Shown: positions 35,527 to 45,584, counted from the first letter of the stretch. The stretch is DNA of 64,000 bases from Anaerolineae bacterium (GCA_020433805.1 JAGRBZ010000007.1:249-64248); one strand, 5' to 3'. Numbers and translations: made by a program. Notes: generated from the letters alone by a model not told the origin.

Positions 35527-35991
35527 ATGTCTCCTGTGATGTTGCCTGTGCCGCATATGCGGCAGCGTCATCCTGGTGAATGTCTTGCTGCTTGTGCAGC
35601 CATGGTACTCACCTACCTGGGTTTCTCCACGAGCTACGAACGACTGTTGAAATTGCTGCGGGTGGAGCAAGGCATCGGTACACCGGCCTCCAATATTCGC
35701 GAACTTGGCCAGTTGGGCGTAACCGTCATCTATAAACAGGGCACTTTGGCCGAGCTCCACGATCATCTAACGAATGATCGGCCATGTATTGCCTTTGTGC
35801 AAAGTGGCGAACTTCCCCACTGGAATACCGACACCGATCACGCCATTGTGGTGGTTGGCTTGGATGAGACGTATATTTATCTAAACGATCCCGAATTTCC
35901 TGATGCCCCGCTCCAGGTTCCGCATGGTGACTTTGACCTGGCCTGGCTTGAGTGGGATGAATGTTACGCCACATTCATAAGCTCTACGTGA
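35527..35991 (+). CDS. Stand-alone peptidase C39-like (papain-fold cysteine peptidase) domain protein
   Basis: QRHPGECLAACAAMVLTYLG (Gln...Cys catalytic region) and DHAIVVVGLDETYIYLNDP (His...Asp region), in the order typical of C39 bacteriocin-processing domains. Confidence 0.7.
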   Translation: MSPVMLPVPHMRQRHPGECLAACAAMVLTYLGFSTSYERLLKLLRVEQGIGTPASNIRELGQLGVTVIYKQGTLAELHDHLTNDRPCIAFVQSGELPHWNTDTDHAIVVVGLDETYIYLNDPEFPDAPLQVPHGDFDLAWLEWDECYATFISST

Positions 35992-36294
35992 TTGCTGTAT
36001 TTTTTCTCATTGTCGGCTAGACAACTCAAAACAAAAAAACTCGTCTGATATACTTTCAACAAAGCGGCTTGATAAGGTCGTTTTTCACCTTGGAGCCGGC
36101 CATGTCTGGCTATAGAAAGTTGGGTAAAATTTAAGGTATCCCGAAAAAAGATATATCAGAGTCCGGGCGAAGGCGTTCAGAATCGACATCATAGTCGATT
36201 CATAGTAATATGCCGGACACTCGCTAAAAATGTATTTCGGTGTCCTGCCTATAAGCGTTAGGCACCATCTACGGATTCCAGGACGTCTTGAATT

Positions 36295-36861
36295 ATGGAT
36301 GACAAGCTACTTAAAAGATATCTTGAATACGCAAACACCGAAGAGTCCTTTGCAGTTCTCTTTGTGAAGAAGCATCTCGCTCAAGCAAAAGGGCATTGGG
36401 TAGATATTGTCGATTGCCGACGCTATGAGATGTCCTCGGATAATTTACATTTCCGATTCGTTGTAGGCCGCCTGTATAAGAGAAAAATAAAACCGCAGTA
36501 TCCCTCAAAATCCGCATACACCATTGATGGCAAATTTGACGAACGTGGATATTACTTGATGACACGAGCCATAACGTGGGAAACCGCACACAAGGACATA
36601 GAGCAGCAACAGTCAAAGAACGTGGCGGTGTCGAAATTCAAGATAACAGGCGTGAGCTACGATAAGAATCGAGGCAACAAGAACTATTTTCGGGACGACG
36701 CACCACCCGAGATAAAGGCTCTTGCAAGGGATCTTAACGACCGTACAGACCCACTGTGGGACAAGGCCATGCAATATGTTAACAAGCCGGAGTTTGTTTA
36801 TGAAATAAAACAGGTTTCGATGGTAAAGCGGTGTTCATACCAATATTTGGCCTGCTGTTGA
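36295..36861 (+). CDS. Orphan hypothetical protein; its 3' end runs into the truncated IS4 copy
   Basis: AT-rich ORF with no motif recognised. The last roughly 18 codons are read from IS-derived sequence (homology to 24084 onward starts near 36806), so the native C-terminus is probably lost. Confidence 0.4.
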   Translation: MDDKLLKRYLEYANTEESFAVLFVKKHLAQAKGHWVDIVDCRRYEMSSDNLHFRFVVGRLYKRKIKPQYPSKSAYTIDGKFDERGYYLMTRAITWETAHKDIEQQQSKNVAVSKFKITGVSYDKNRGNKNYFRDDAPPEIKALARDLNDRTDPLWDKAMQYVNKPEFVYEIKQVSMVKRCSYQYLACC

Positions 36862-37795
36862 GTAGAACAGTTCGTCAAAAAAAAGATATGTCGTTGCTCA
36901 ACCTGATGTCAGGCAATGAAAATGTTCAAGCCTATAACCGGCTGTTTATGGATGAAAGGAGACTGGAACAACAAGGCTGTTTGGGCTGAGGCCAGGGCCA
37001 GTTCCTGCACAATTTCCGTCAGGGAGAGCCATTTACCCGCAAAGTAAGCCAGATGGCTTTGGCTGGTACGACAGACAAACTGCCAGTTGGTCTGCTCAGT
37101 GAGCCAGGTTAGCACTTGTGTGCCATCAAATTCAGCATCAGCCACAAAGACCACTTGGCTGGCGGCTGGTAATAAAGTGGCCACATATTGTAAAAGTTCA
37201 AGTTGTTCTTGTTGCGGTGTGTGTCCTTTCTTGCCTTTCAAACAACGCCAAGCAAGCGGAATGGCTCGTTTTTTGTAATAGACACTTACCAGCAAACACA
37301 GACAACGACCGCCCAGTTTGGTACTGTCCAGCATTATCACAAGTGGCTGGTTGGGAGCGATGCGCTGCAACATCTGCCTGGCCAAGGGCTCATAGACCGG
37401 CTTGACCTGCAACCACCGGCTTTTGATAAAGCGTTCGAAACGGCTGATCAGGCTGGGCGTCTTGTAGTCGTACAGTACCTTTTGGGCTATCTTGGTCAAC
37501 CGTCCATCCCGGCTGCGCAACAGACCGGTGACCATCATGGCCAGGCTCAAGCGATGTTCCGGCAGCAGCTTTGGTAATTGGTTGCTCAGTTCGCTGGCTA
37601 TGAAGCGAAACAGGCGGGCCGCATCACTCTTATTTTGCCTTTTTTTGTTTGTCGTTTTCGACGGCGCTGCTGTTTGTTACATCGGGTCTGGTATCGTTCT
37701 CGGATCGTTTGCATCTGTTAGCTCCTTCATATTTTTGAGGGTACTTTGCTAAACTTTATCCCTTTTTGTCAATTCCAGACCCCTACGTTATTAAA
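36806..37795 (-). mobile_element. Truncated second copy of the IS4-family element (lacks about 330 bp, including one terminal IR and the transposase C-terminus)
   Basis: Aligns to 24084-25072 of copy 1, roughly 85-90 percent identity by eye. Transposase ORF 36909-37550 is continuous across the copy-1 frameshift site. Terminal ...ccctacgttattaa corresponds to ...ccccctacgttactaag. Confidence 0.8.
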
Positions 37796-37992
37796 ATCAT
37801 ACATATGTCATTTGCTTTTAACATTGGTATTCTTTGTGATTTCAACTTCAACTCACATTTAGCCTGAGCCTGTAATGGAATCATAAAAGTTTGTTGCATT
37901 TTTTATGCTCCTTTGCAATAAAATTATTGGGATGAAAGCGGACAATTGAATAATTACATTGCGAAGGAGCCGACAACTTCTTGGCAACTTTT

Positions 37993-38295
37993 GAGGGCAG
38001 GTGGGGCTTTGACGCACCCCACCCTGAGCTGAATAGCGACAAAACAAAAACGGCCACCCTCGCCATGCAGGCAGGAGTGACCGTCTGGTTATCTTTGAGC
38101 TACTATAGAAGCTATGATAGAATAGACACCAGCCCTGTCAACTGCTAAACCCAGTTGGCGGGGTTAGCCGCCGGTGAGTGTTCGTAGCACTTGCCGGTGG
38201 CGAATTGGGATTTGTCCTATTCAACTCTTACTATATGGTACCCCTTGATTGGAGATGGGTCAAGCCTTTTTTATATTGTTTCAGTCTCGTGAATT
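37993..38295. repeat. Direct repeat copy B (partner of 4452-4752)
   Basis: Same order of elements as copy A: an edge hairpin with different sequence, A-run, long hairpin, TTGAGC-17-TAGAAT, two leader hairpins, ...ggagatgggtcaagcctttttt. Confidence 0.9.
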
Positions 38296-38700
38296 AGCTC
38301 CCCTACACAAATCTAGTCATCAATCTGTACAATAAATTGAATAACTTGGCCTGAAGAGTTGATGAAGCTCTCTTTATGAGGTTTCAATACCCATCGACAT
38401 CTATCCTGCTATAGCTCTCTTGCCAGAAATTTCAGTATTTCCACTATTGATGAATGTGGCTGATTTTTTTCTTGTAGATAACGATGCGCTTAATGCCCAC
38501 CGCTGTATTTGGCCCATCGCATTGAGACGGTCATCTGAGATTTCAAATTGTCCCCACTATTCTATAATTAAGTCTTTTATATAGTCTGAGACAAAAGTCA
38601 CATACCCTCATAATTACGCTTGTTATAGTAGCAACAGCTTCGCCTGATGTCTTATCTGGCAACTAACGGCTGATACTAATGATTACTATAGAGGAGATAT

Positions 38701-40143
38701 ATGGCAAAGATCCTATGGGTAGAAAAGCAGATTGACTATGAGCCGCAGGGTATCATGTCAATGTCGGCGGTGTTGAAGGAGGCTGGGCACGATGTTAGAC
38801 TGACCATTGCAGCCCAAGAAGATCCGGTGCAGATAGCCGAAAAACTCCAGCCGGATATCGTTGGCTATAGCGTGATGACCGGTTCACAAAATTATTATTT
38901 CCGGCTCAACAATGCCATCCGCGAGAATCTAAACGGCAAAGGTGTCTTTTCGGTTTTCGGTGGGCCACACCCTACCTTTTTCCCGGAAATGATACAGAAA
39001 CCGGGCGTTGACGGGGTTTGTGTGGGTGAGGGCGAAGGCCCTATTGTTGACTTGGCTAACGCACTGGACAACGGCGGCTTTCATCCCGACATCCCTAATT
39101 GGTGGTTTAAGGTTGATGGTGAAATTATCCAAAACCCGGTGCGTCCGCTTATCAGAACTCTAGGTGACTTGCCGATGCCGGATCGCGAAATCATCTACAG
39201 TAAACACGCGCCTACCCGTAACAGCCCCATTAAACATTTTATGGCCGGACGTGGCTGTCCCTATCACTGCACGTACTGCTTTAACCATGCCTGGTATCAA
39301 ATTTACAAGCGTGAAAAAAGAGGCTACCAACGCCCGGTTGATGCGGTCATTGAGGAGGTCAACTGGATTCGGGCGCGTTATCCGCTGGAACAAGTGATCT
39401 TTTTAGATGATCTTTTCATTATTTTTATAGACTGGTTGGAGGAGTTTGCTGACAGATTTCCCAAAGAGGTAGGCCTCCCGTTCTTTTGCAATGTGCGCTC
39501 TAACCTGATTACTCCGGAAAAGGTAGCATTGCTCAAGAAGGCTGGGGCTAACACGGTTAGCATGGGCGTTGAGTCCGGCAATGATAGGCTGCGTAACGAG
39601 TTGCTAAAGCGCAAAATGCCCCGCGAGACCATCATTGAATCGGGCCGAATGCTGCACGAGGCCGGTATTAATTTAACATCCACTAACATTCTAGCCCTGC
39701 CTACCAGCACACTAGAAGATGATCTTGACACCATGCGTTTAAACGCCGAAGCCAAAGTAAAATACGCCCACGCCTTTCTGTTTCAACCCTACCCAGCTAC
39801 AGAATTGGGGGAGTTCACCCAACAAAACGGATTGATGGCCGGCAGTTTTGAAGATATAGGCTCCATTGCTTGGGATACCTCTATCATCATTCGGGATGAA
39901 AAAGAGAAGCAACAGATGGAATATTTACAGCGCTGGTTTGCTCTAGGGGTGGAGTTCCCTTGGCTGGAGCCAGCCATCCATATGCTTGTTAAAGCACCCA
40001 AAAACAAATTTGTTGACAACTTATACTGGTGGGTTCACAAACTGTGGAAGGGCTGGGCCATTGCTCGCCGGGTGCATCCCATCAAGATTACGCCCAAAAT
40101 CATCTGGGACAACGCTCGCCATTTTCTACAACTGGAAGCTTAG
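38701..40143 (+). CDS. B12-binding domain radical SAM protein
   Basis: N-terminal cobalamin-binding-like domain ([29 protein letters not shown]). Radical SAM motif [11 protein letters not shown] (C-x3-C-x2-C). GAGGAG Shine-Dalgarno. Confidence 0.85.
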   Translation: MAKILWVEKQIDYEPQGIMSMSAVLKEAGHDVRLTIAAQEDPVQIAEKLQPDIVGYSVMTGSQNYYFRLNNAIRENLNGKGVFSVFGGPHPTFFPEMIQKPGVDGVCVGEGEGPIVDLANALDNGGFHPDIPNWWFKVDGEIIQNPVRPLIRTLGDLPMPDREIIYSKHAPTRNSPIKHFMAGRGCPYHCTYCFNHAWYQIYKREKRGYQRPVDAVIEEVNWIRARYPLEQVIFLDDLFIIFIDWLEEFADRFPKEVGLPFFCNVRSNLITPEKVALLKKAGANTVSMGVESGNDRLRNELLKRKMPRETIIESGRMLHEAGINLTSTNILALPTSTLEDDLDTMRLNAEAKVKYAHAFLFQPYPATELGEFTQQNGLMAGSFEDIGSIAWDTSIIIRDEKEKQQMEYLQRWFALGVEFPWLEPAIHMLVKAPKNKFVDNLYWWVHKLWKGWAIARRVHPIKITPKIIWDNARHFLQLEA

Positions 40144-40581
40144 GTGGCAAATGATAAATTATCGCTGAGTAAACACGCTATTTCATTGGAAGTCATTGGT
40201 AATGAAGATATGATCGACTCGCTTTCACTCAAGAGCACCAACACGATATTATATTGTAAGAAATGGCGAGAAACCGTCCACTTTTACGAACACCAGTTAG
40301 GGTTATCCATAACATTTGCTGCGGATTGGTTTGTGGAATTTCGGTTAACAGAGGCAGCCCATTTGAGTGTTGCCGATGAACGGCGAGCGACGATAAAAAG
40401 CAGTGGCGGTGCAGGTTTGACCCTAACCTTACGGGTCAATGATGCTGATGAAGCGTGGTCTAAATTACACAACCAAGGCTTGGCGCTGGAACCGGTCAGA
40501 GATCATGCCTGGGGCGCACGGGTATTTTACTTTTTTGACCCTGAGGGAAATCGTCTGGAAATTTGGTCCGCCAAATCGTGA
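40144..40581 (+). CDS. VOC/glyoxalase-family protein
   Basis: FYEHQLGLSITF...HLSV...LTLRV...HAWGARVFYFFDPEGNRLEIW is a typical paired beta-alpha-beta-beta-beta module ending. Confidence 0.7.
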   Translation: MANDKLSLSKHAISLEVIGNEDMIDSLSLKSTNTILYCKKWRETVHFYEHQLGLSITFAADWFVEFRLTEAAHLSVADERRATIKSSGGAGLTLTLRVNDADEAWSKLHNQGLALEPVRDHAWGARVFYFFDPEGNRLEIWSAKS

Positions 40582-40719
40582 TTGTTCATTATACTCGGTC
40601 CGAATTGCCAAGTCCACAACATGTTAGCTAACCCTGAAGGTGGAGGTTCTCTTACTGGAGGATGTCGATCATAAATTATTGTAACAGAGGAGGATATCAA
40701 GCATTTAACGATAAGTCAG

Positions 40720-41663
40720 ATGAATCGTCTCTTGATTATCGTCATTTTAGCAAGCGTTACCATTCTCCTCTGGGGAACGGTACAGACTTCCCGTTCCCTA
40801 CCCCACTGCCTGAAGCATTTCTTATCCCAGACGGACAGGTGGTGTTTACCCGTACCGATATCAAGACCAGGCAGGCCGCCTTTCACCGGTATGATCTAAT
40901 GAGGTTTAGCACTCTGCTGGGTAATGGTAGCTACTTTGGGCCTGATTTTACAGCTGAGTATCTGGAAGGAACATTGGTACTGCTGGCTGGCTTTTTGGTC
41001 ATCGGTCATCACTTCTGGTGGGTTGGAGAACCAACGATATGGCTGGGTGTTGGTAGTGTCTTCAGCACCCTGGAGGTATTGCTCCTCTTCATGCTGTTAA
41101 TCAGCGCCCTGCGTGTAATAAAAGCAAGAGCTAACATTCTGCCTACCCAACACCGTTTACCCTTCTATTTCTTTTTAGCAGCAGCCATTTGGCAGTTTAT
41201 CGGATCAGGTATTTTGGTGTTGTTAATTAACTTGCCGGTGGTGAACTACTATGAGCACGGCACGTTCCTGACCGTGGCTCACTCGTATGTCTCATTCTTA
41301 AGTGGATTTGGATTCATCGCTCTGGGACTATTGCTTTACGCGATACGCCATACCAGGTCGGATACCTGGAGCGAGCGTCGCCTATTTTGGGGTTTTTGGG
41401 CACTCAACGTTGGTTTGGCATTGATGGTGGTGGTCTCAGTAGTGCCGGTAGGAGTACTACAACTGTTGGAAGCAGTGCAGATGGATTATGCCGCCAGGTC
41501 GCTGGCTTTTTATCAGCAGCCGCTGGTGTATCTATTGAACGAATTGCGGCTGCCCGGAGACACCTTGATTATTCTCGGCGCGGTCTTGCTGGCTTGGGAG
41601 GTCGTGCCCAAAACTGGACGTATTTTGCCGGGACAAAGAACTCAACCGTTTACAGGACAATGA
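40720..41663 (+). pseudogene. Quinol-dependent nitric oxide reductase (qNOR/NorZ-like) remnant: N-terminal frameshift plus a large internal deletion
   Basis: Frame A from ATG 40720 gives the N-terminal TM helix [19 protein letters not shown]. Frame B gives [45 protein letters not shown] (qNOR N-terminal periplasmic segment). That is joined directly to [26 protein letters not shown]...[18 protein letters not shown] (helices VII-XII). Heme His ligands are degraded (HGH to HSY). Confidence 0.7.
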
Positions 41664-42943
41664 GCATGAATGAACGTCCTAAAGTAGTGATTGTTGGGGC
41701 CGGTTTTGGAGGCCTATGGGCCACCAAAACGCTAGCTCGCTCTTCGGTCGAGGTGATTCTTATTGACCGGAACAATTACCATACCTTCTTTCCCTTGCTC
41801 TATCAGGTGGCTGCAGCTGAGCTGGAGCCGGTAGACATTGCCTACCCAGTACGGACCACTCTACGGAAGCTATCGAACGTCCGCTTTATCATGGCAGAAG
41901 TAAATAAGGTGGATCTCGTAGCCCAGGTTGTAGAAACCGATGGTTCCGCAATTGCGTACGATTATCTTATCCTAGCAATGGGCAGTCGTGTGCACTTCTT
42001 CGGTGTGCCCGGCGTTGACGAGTTTGCCTATCCTTTACGAACCCTTGAACAGGCCATTACACTACGCAACCATATCCTCTCTTGTTTTGAGCAGGCCTCT
42101 TGTGCGGCTGACGCCAATCATCGCCGCCGGTTACTGACATTTGTCATTGTTGGAGGGGGCCCTACAGGGGTAGAATTTGCCGGAGCCTTGGCCGAGCTGG
42201 TCTATGGCTCTTTTATGGAAGATTATCCAACCCTAAATACCCAAGATGTGCGCATCGTGCTTCTGGAAGCTATTGGTACTGTGCTATCCAACTTACCGGA
42301 GCGACTTCAGCATTATACTCTGACCCGCCTACATGAGAAACATATTGAAGTGCGCTTGAAAGCCCAGGTCACCCGGGTCACTTATAAGACAGTCCAGCTC
42401 AATGATGGCGAGATTATCCCTGCAGAAACCGTAATTTGGACGGCGGGAGTATGTGGCGACCCACTAGCTCAAATATGGGGGCTACCAGTTACCCGTACGG
42501 GGCAGGTGAGGGTCAAGCCCACCCTTCAAGTCGAAGGCCATCCAGAAGTTTATGTCATTGGAGACCTGGCTTCGGTAGCAGAGAATAATCATCCACTTCC
42601 AATGGTCGCTCCTGTGGCTATTCAGCAAGGCATGCTAGCTGCCCGGAATATCATCCGGCAAATTAACACTCAGGCCCTACACGCCTTCGATTATAAAGAT
42701 ATGGGAACGATGGCCGTCATTGGACGTAATGCGGCTGTAGCTAATCTACTCAGTCGGTGGAGTTTTACAGGTTTTCCAGCTTGGTTACTTTGGCTAGGTG
42801 TCCACCTGCTCCGGCTGATTGGTTTCCGCAATCGCTTAGTGGTGCTCATCAATTGGGCCTGGGATTATCTCTTCTACGAACGGGTCGTACGTTTGATCCT
42901 ACCTCGAAAGAGGAAGCCAGTTTCGAAGGGCATTTTGCAATAA
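41660..42943 (+). CDS. ndh: Type II NADH dehydrogenase (NDH-2) / FAD-dependent pyridine nucleotide-disulfide oxidoreductase
   Basis: Two Rossmann motifs, [10 protein letters not shown] and [14 protein letters not shown], plus IWTAGV and VIGD. Start set at ATG 41660 (ATGA overlap with the upstream stop) rather than ORF-track 41387. Confidence 0.88.
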   Translation: MSMNERPKVVIVGAGFGGLWATKTLARSSVEVILIDRNNYHTFFPLLYQVAAAELEPVDIAYPVRTTLRKLSNVRFIMAEVNKVDLVAQVVETDGSAIAYDYLILAMGSRVHFFGVPGVDEFAYPLRTLEQAITLRNHILSCFEQASCAADANHRRRLLTFVIVGGGPTGVEFAGALAELVYGSFMEDYPTLNTQDVRIVLLEAIGTVLSNLPERLQHYTLTRLHEKHIEVRLKAQVTRVTYKTVQLNDGEIIPAETVIWTAGVCGDPLAQIWGLPVTRTGQVRVKPTLQVEGHPEVYVIGDLASVAENNHPLPMVAPVAIQQGMLAARNIIRQINTQALHAFDYKDMGTMAVIGRNAAVANLLSRWSFTGFPAWLLWLGVHLLRLIGFRNRLVVLINWAWDYLFYERVVRLILPRKRKPVSKGILQ

Positions 42944-43040
42944 TACACTTGAGTTTTAATATGAGCGGAGAAAAAGAGTCCCAGATTCTTAAAAGTATAT
43001 CAGAGATAAGCAACAGAGACCAGCCCAATCTGGATTAGCC

Positions 43041-44360
43041 CAGGGCTATTGCAAAGTCGGGCAAGGATTAAGAAAAATAAGATTGAGCGCCTCCAAAGGC
43101 TTAGCCGAGAATCTCCGCCTGGCATCAGGCACGGTTTGGAAATCAAGGCGATCAATGAGAGCCAGGACCAAATTGTTGAGAATGGCCATAACGCGTGGCG
43201 CATTGCCAGTACGCAAGCGAGAGCTATCTTCATTGAGGGAGACATCCCGTCGATAATGGAGCCGATTTTCAATGGCCCAATAGCTGCGTTTGAAGGCCAA
43301 CAACTGTTCCGGGCCAGCTTCAGCAGCAGCCAAACTGGTCAAGCCATAATCGGTTTGAGATTGCACCTGACCGCTTTTACAATTGACGGAGCGATAATCC
43401 AGCTTGAAGACTTGTTGGAGGTAAGGCCAGTCCAAATAATCTTTGAGCATACTACTGGTGGTGATGGTTCGGCTTTCATAGCGACCGTGACCATAGTTAT
43501 GGCGGGTCAGGCTCTGAAAGTCAGTCGGTAAAGGACTGGTCGCTGGTGGACATTCCTGTGGCGCAAACAGGTGGGCAATGTCTTGTTTCAACTGGGCTTG
43601 ATTATCTTTGGCAAGCCACAAATAGTCACCACCTGCCGTGACAATCTCGATGGAAAGCTGGCGTTGGGTATGCATGGCATCGCCAATGACCACTTTGCCC
43701 CGTAAATCGATGGTCTGCAACAATTTAGGGGCAGCCACAATCTCATTTTCTTTCCGCTCAACCTCAACTTGCATCAACACCAGACCTTCTGCCGGCAGAT
43801 AGGCCGCTAACAGATGTAGTCCCTGACTTTGACCAAGCTCAATCGTGCCCCGTAAGCTTTTGCCATCAATCGCGATCACGATTTCTTGGCTGAGTTGGCT
43901 TTGACCATCAAAATAGTGTTGTAACAGCCGCTCCAATTCTTCTGGCTCGATGGCGCCCGCTAATATCCGGCCAATCGTGACCTGATGGGGCATACTTTCC
44001 CGTGGTAACTTTAAGGCTTTGACCAGTTGTTCTGCCCGATGGCTCAACCAGTCTGCTATCCCGCGGGGTTTATCTTCCCCACCCAGTTTGGCCAGGATGA
44101 TCAGACTTAAGACATCAGCCAATTGATACCGAACCCCCCGCCGGTCTCGGCCATCTGTCAACCGTTCTAAGTGAGCGTACAAGCTCCTCAGATCAAAGAC
44201 ATACTCGCCCAACATAAATTTCTCTAAGGCCTGATTGTATTCCACTCGACTTGTGCTACACTCCATTTTTAGCCTCCTATAGTGTTTTGTTTCATTTGTC
44301 AGTGAAACTTCACTATTGGAGGCTTTTTCTTTTTTGTCAAGTGACTTTGCAACAGCCCTG
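43041..44360 (-). mobile_element. ISAs1-family insertion sequence (1320 bp) with 18-bp IRs and 10-bp target duplication
   Basis: CAGGGCTATTGCAAAGTC (43041-) versus the reverse complement of GACTTTGCAACAGCCCTG (-44360). TGGATTAGCC directly flanks both ends (43031-43040 and 44361-44370). Confidence 0.88.
43046..44266 (-). CDS. ISAs1-family DDE transposase (apparently intact)
   Basis: RRGVRYQLADVLSLIILA, IAIDGKSLRG, VIGDAMHTQ, YWAIENRLHYRRDVSLNEDSSRLR. Confidence 0.88.
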   Translation of the reverse strand: MECSTSRVEYNQALEKFMLGEYVFDLRSLYAHLERLTDGRDRRGVRYQLADVLSLIILAKLGGEDKPRGIADWLSHRAEQLVKALKLPRESMPHQVTIGRILAGAIEPEELERLLQHYFDGQSQLSQEIVIAIDGKSLRGTIELGQSQGLHLLAAYLPAEGLVLMQVEVERKENEIVAAPKLLQTIDLRGKVVIGDAMHTQRQLSIEIVTAGGDYLWLAKDNQAQLKQDIAHLFAPQECPPATSPLPTDFQSLTRHNYGHGRYESRTITTSSMLKDYLDWPYLQQVFKLDYRSVNCKSGQVQSQTDYGLTSLAAAEAGPEQLLAFKRSYWAIENRLHYRRDVSLNEDSSRLRTGNAPRVMAILNNLVLALIDRLDFQTVPDARRRFSAKPLEALNLIFLNPCPTLQ

Positions 44361-44488
44361 TGGATTAGCCCAATTCAGAGAAAAAGCTGAACAGAGTTTG
44401 GCTAATAAAGTCCGCAGGATATAGTCATAGGAGAGACCAGCTTAGGTCTGCCGAACAATCCAATAGTTAACGTTTACAACAAGAGAAA

Positions 44489-45584
44489 ATGAAGTTGAAT
44501 AAAAGAATGATCCTCCAATATGAATACCTCAGAAAAAACAAAACAGTGTTCCAAGCAATGACGGGATTGCAGCTGGTTGAATTTGAGCAATTAGTCGATG
44601 ATATGTTGCCGCTGTTTAGTGAAGCCGAAACAGAACGGCTAAGTCACCCCAATCGTAAACGCAACATTGGTGGTGGGCCAAACTTTGAACTGAGCCCACG
44701 CAACCAATTGTTGCTGACGGTGGTTTGGTTACGGCAATATCCGACCCACGAAGTGTTAGGCTATCTTTTCGGGGTCAGTGATACCACCGCCGGTCGCTGT
44801 ATAAAACGGTTCTTACCCCTGTTGGAGGTAGCTGGTCAAGATACGATGCGTATGCCAGGATCCAGGTCATAAAAGACGACGACAATTGTCCGAATTGCTG
44901 GCTGAGATGCCCGAATTAGCGGTTATCATTGATACCTTTGAATAACGGGTCCAGCGCCATCAAGGATCGGTCTGAAGCCGACTAGTACTGCATTTCGCAA
45001 GTCTTTAGGGTTTAGACCTTGTATGACAAGCGAATTATGTAAAGTAAAAAGCGGAAGGGCTAAAGAAAAGAGTCCTGGTGAAACTAAAGACCTGACAGGT
45101 CTTTTCCCCCAATTATTTATGAAACGCAGTACTAGTACTACAGTGGAAAAAACATACGCTTAAAGCTACGTAATCGTGGACGAACTCACCAGCCAAATTG
45201 TTGATATTGCCCCCAATGTCCAGGGGCCAACCACTGATTTGACCCTGCTTGACCAATCAGGCCTCTTATCGCGCTTGTCCGAGGATGTTGGCGCTTTAGG
45301 CGACTGAGCTAATCTGGGGATCGCCGAGTTGCATCCCAAGGCTTGGCTGCCACCCCTCGTCGTAACCCACACGGCAAAGCGCATCTACCTGAAGATGTGG
45401 TCTTTAACAGCCAGTTTGCCAGTCGATGTATTAGGTCGAACACACCATTGACCGCATCCGCCGCTATGAAGCCTTGAGTCAGACCGATCGCAATCATCAG
45501 CATTATCATTCCCAACGGGTGGTCGCTGTTGCTGGCTTGGTCAATCGTCAACTTCAGCATCGCTTACCGGATCTTGATTGTTAA
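44489..45584 (+). pseudogene. IS5-like (DDE_Tnp_4 / Harbinger-type) transposase, multiply disrupted
   Basis: The N-terminal HTH part is intact to 44872. It then continues in other frames: ...ELAVIIDTFE*RVQR..., YYSGKNIRLK, VDELTSQIVDIAP...GPTTDLTLL, ...RTHH*, ...GLVNRQLQH. It is interrupted by a 148-bp insertion. Confidence 0.65.
44985..45132. mobile_element. MITE-like 148-bp insertion inside the IS5-like pseudogene
   Basis: Terminal IR GTACTGCATTTC ... GAAACGCAGTAC is flanked by TA/TA. The boundary is ambiguous by about 4 bp because ACTAGTAC is also repeated. Internal palindrome agacctg-a-caggtct. Removing the element restores ...EAD*YYSGK... Confidence 0.55.

Noticed and set aside
23745-37803. 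Composite transposon formed by the two IS4 copies
   Set aside because: Copy 1 has its own perfect 8-bp TSD, and the sequences flanking the outer ends (ATTTTCCT versus aatcatac) differ. There is no evidence the pair moved as a unit, so it is kept only as a recombination-substrate observation.
41387-41659. N-terminal 91-aa extension of the NDH-2 ORF
   Set aside because: The extension overlaps the qNOR remnant out of frame and is Gly/Arg-rich. The Rossmann fold starts right after ATG 41660, which also forms an ATGA coupling with the upstream stop.
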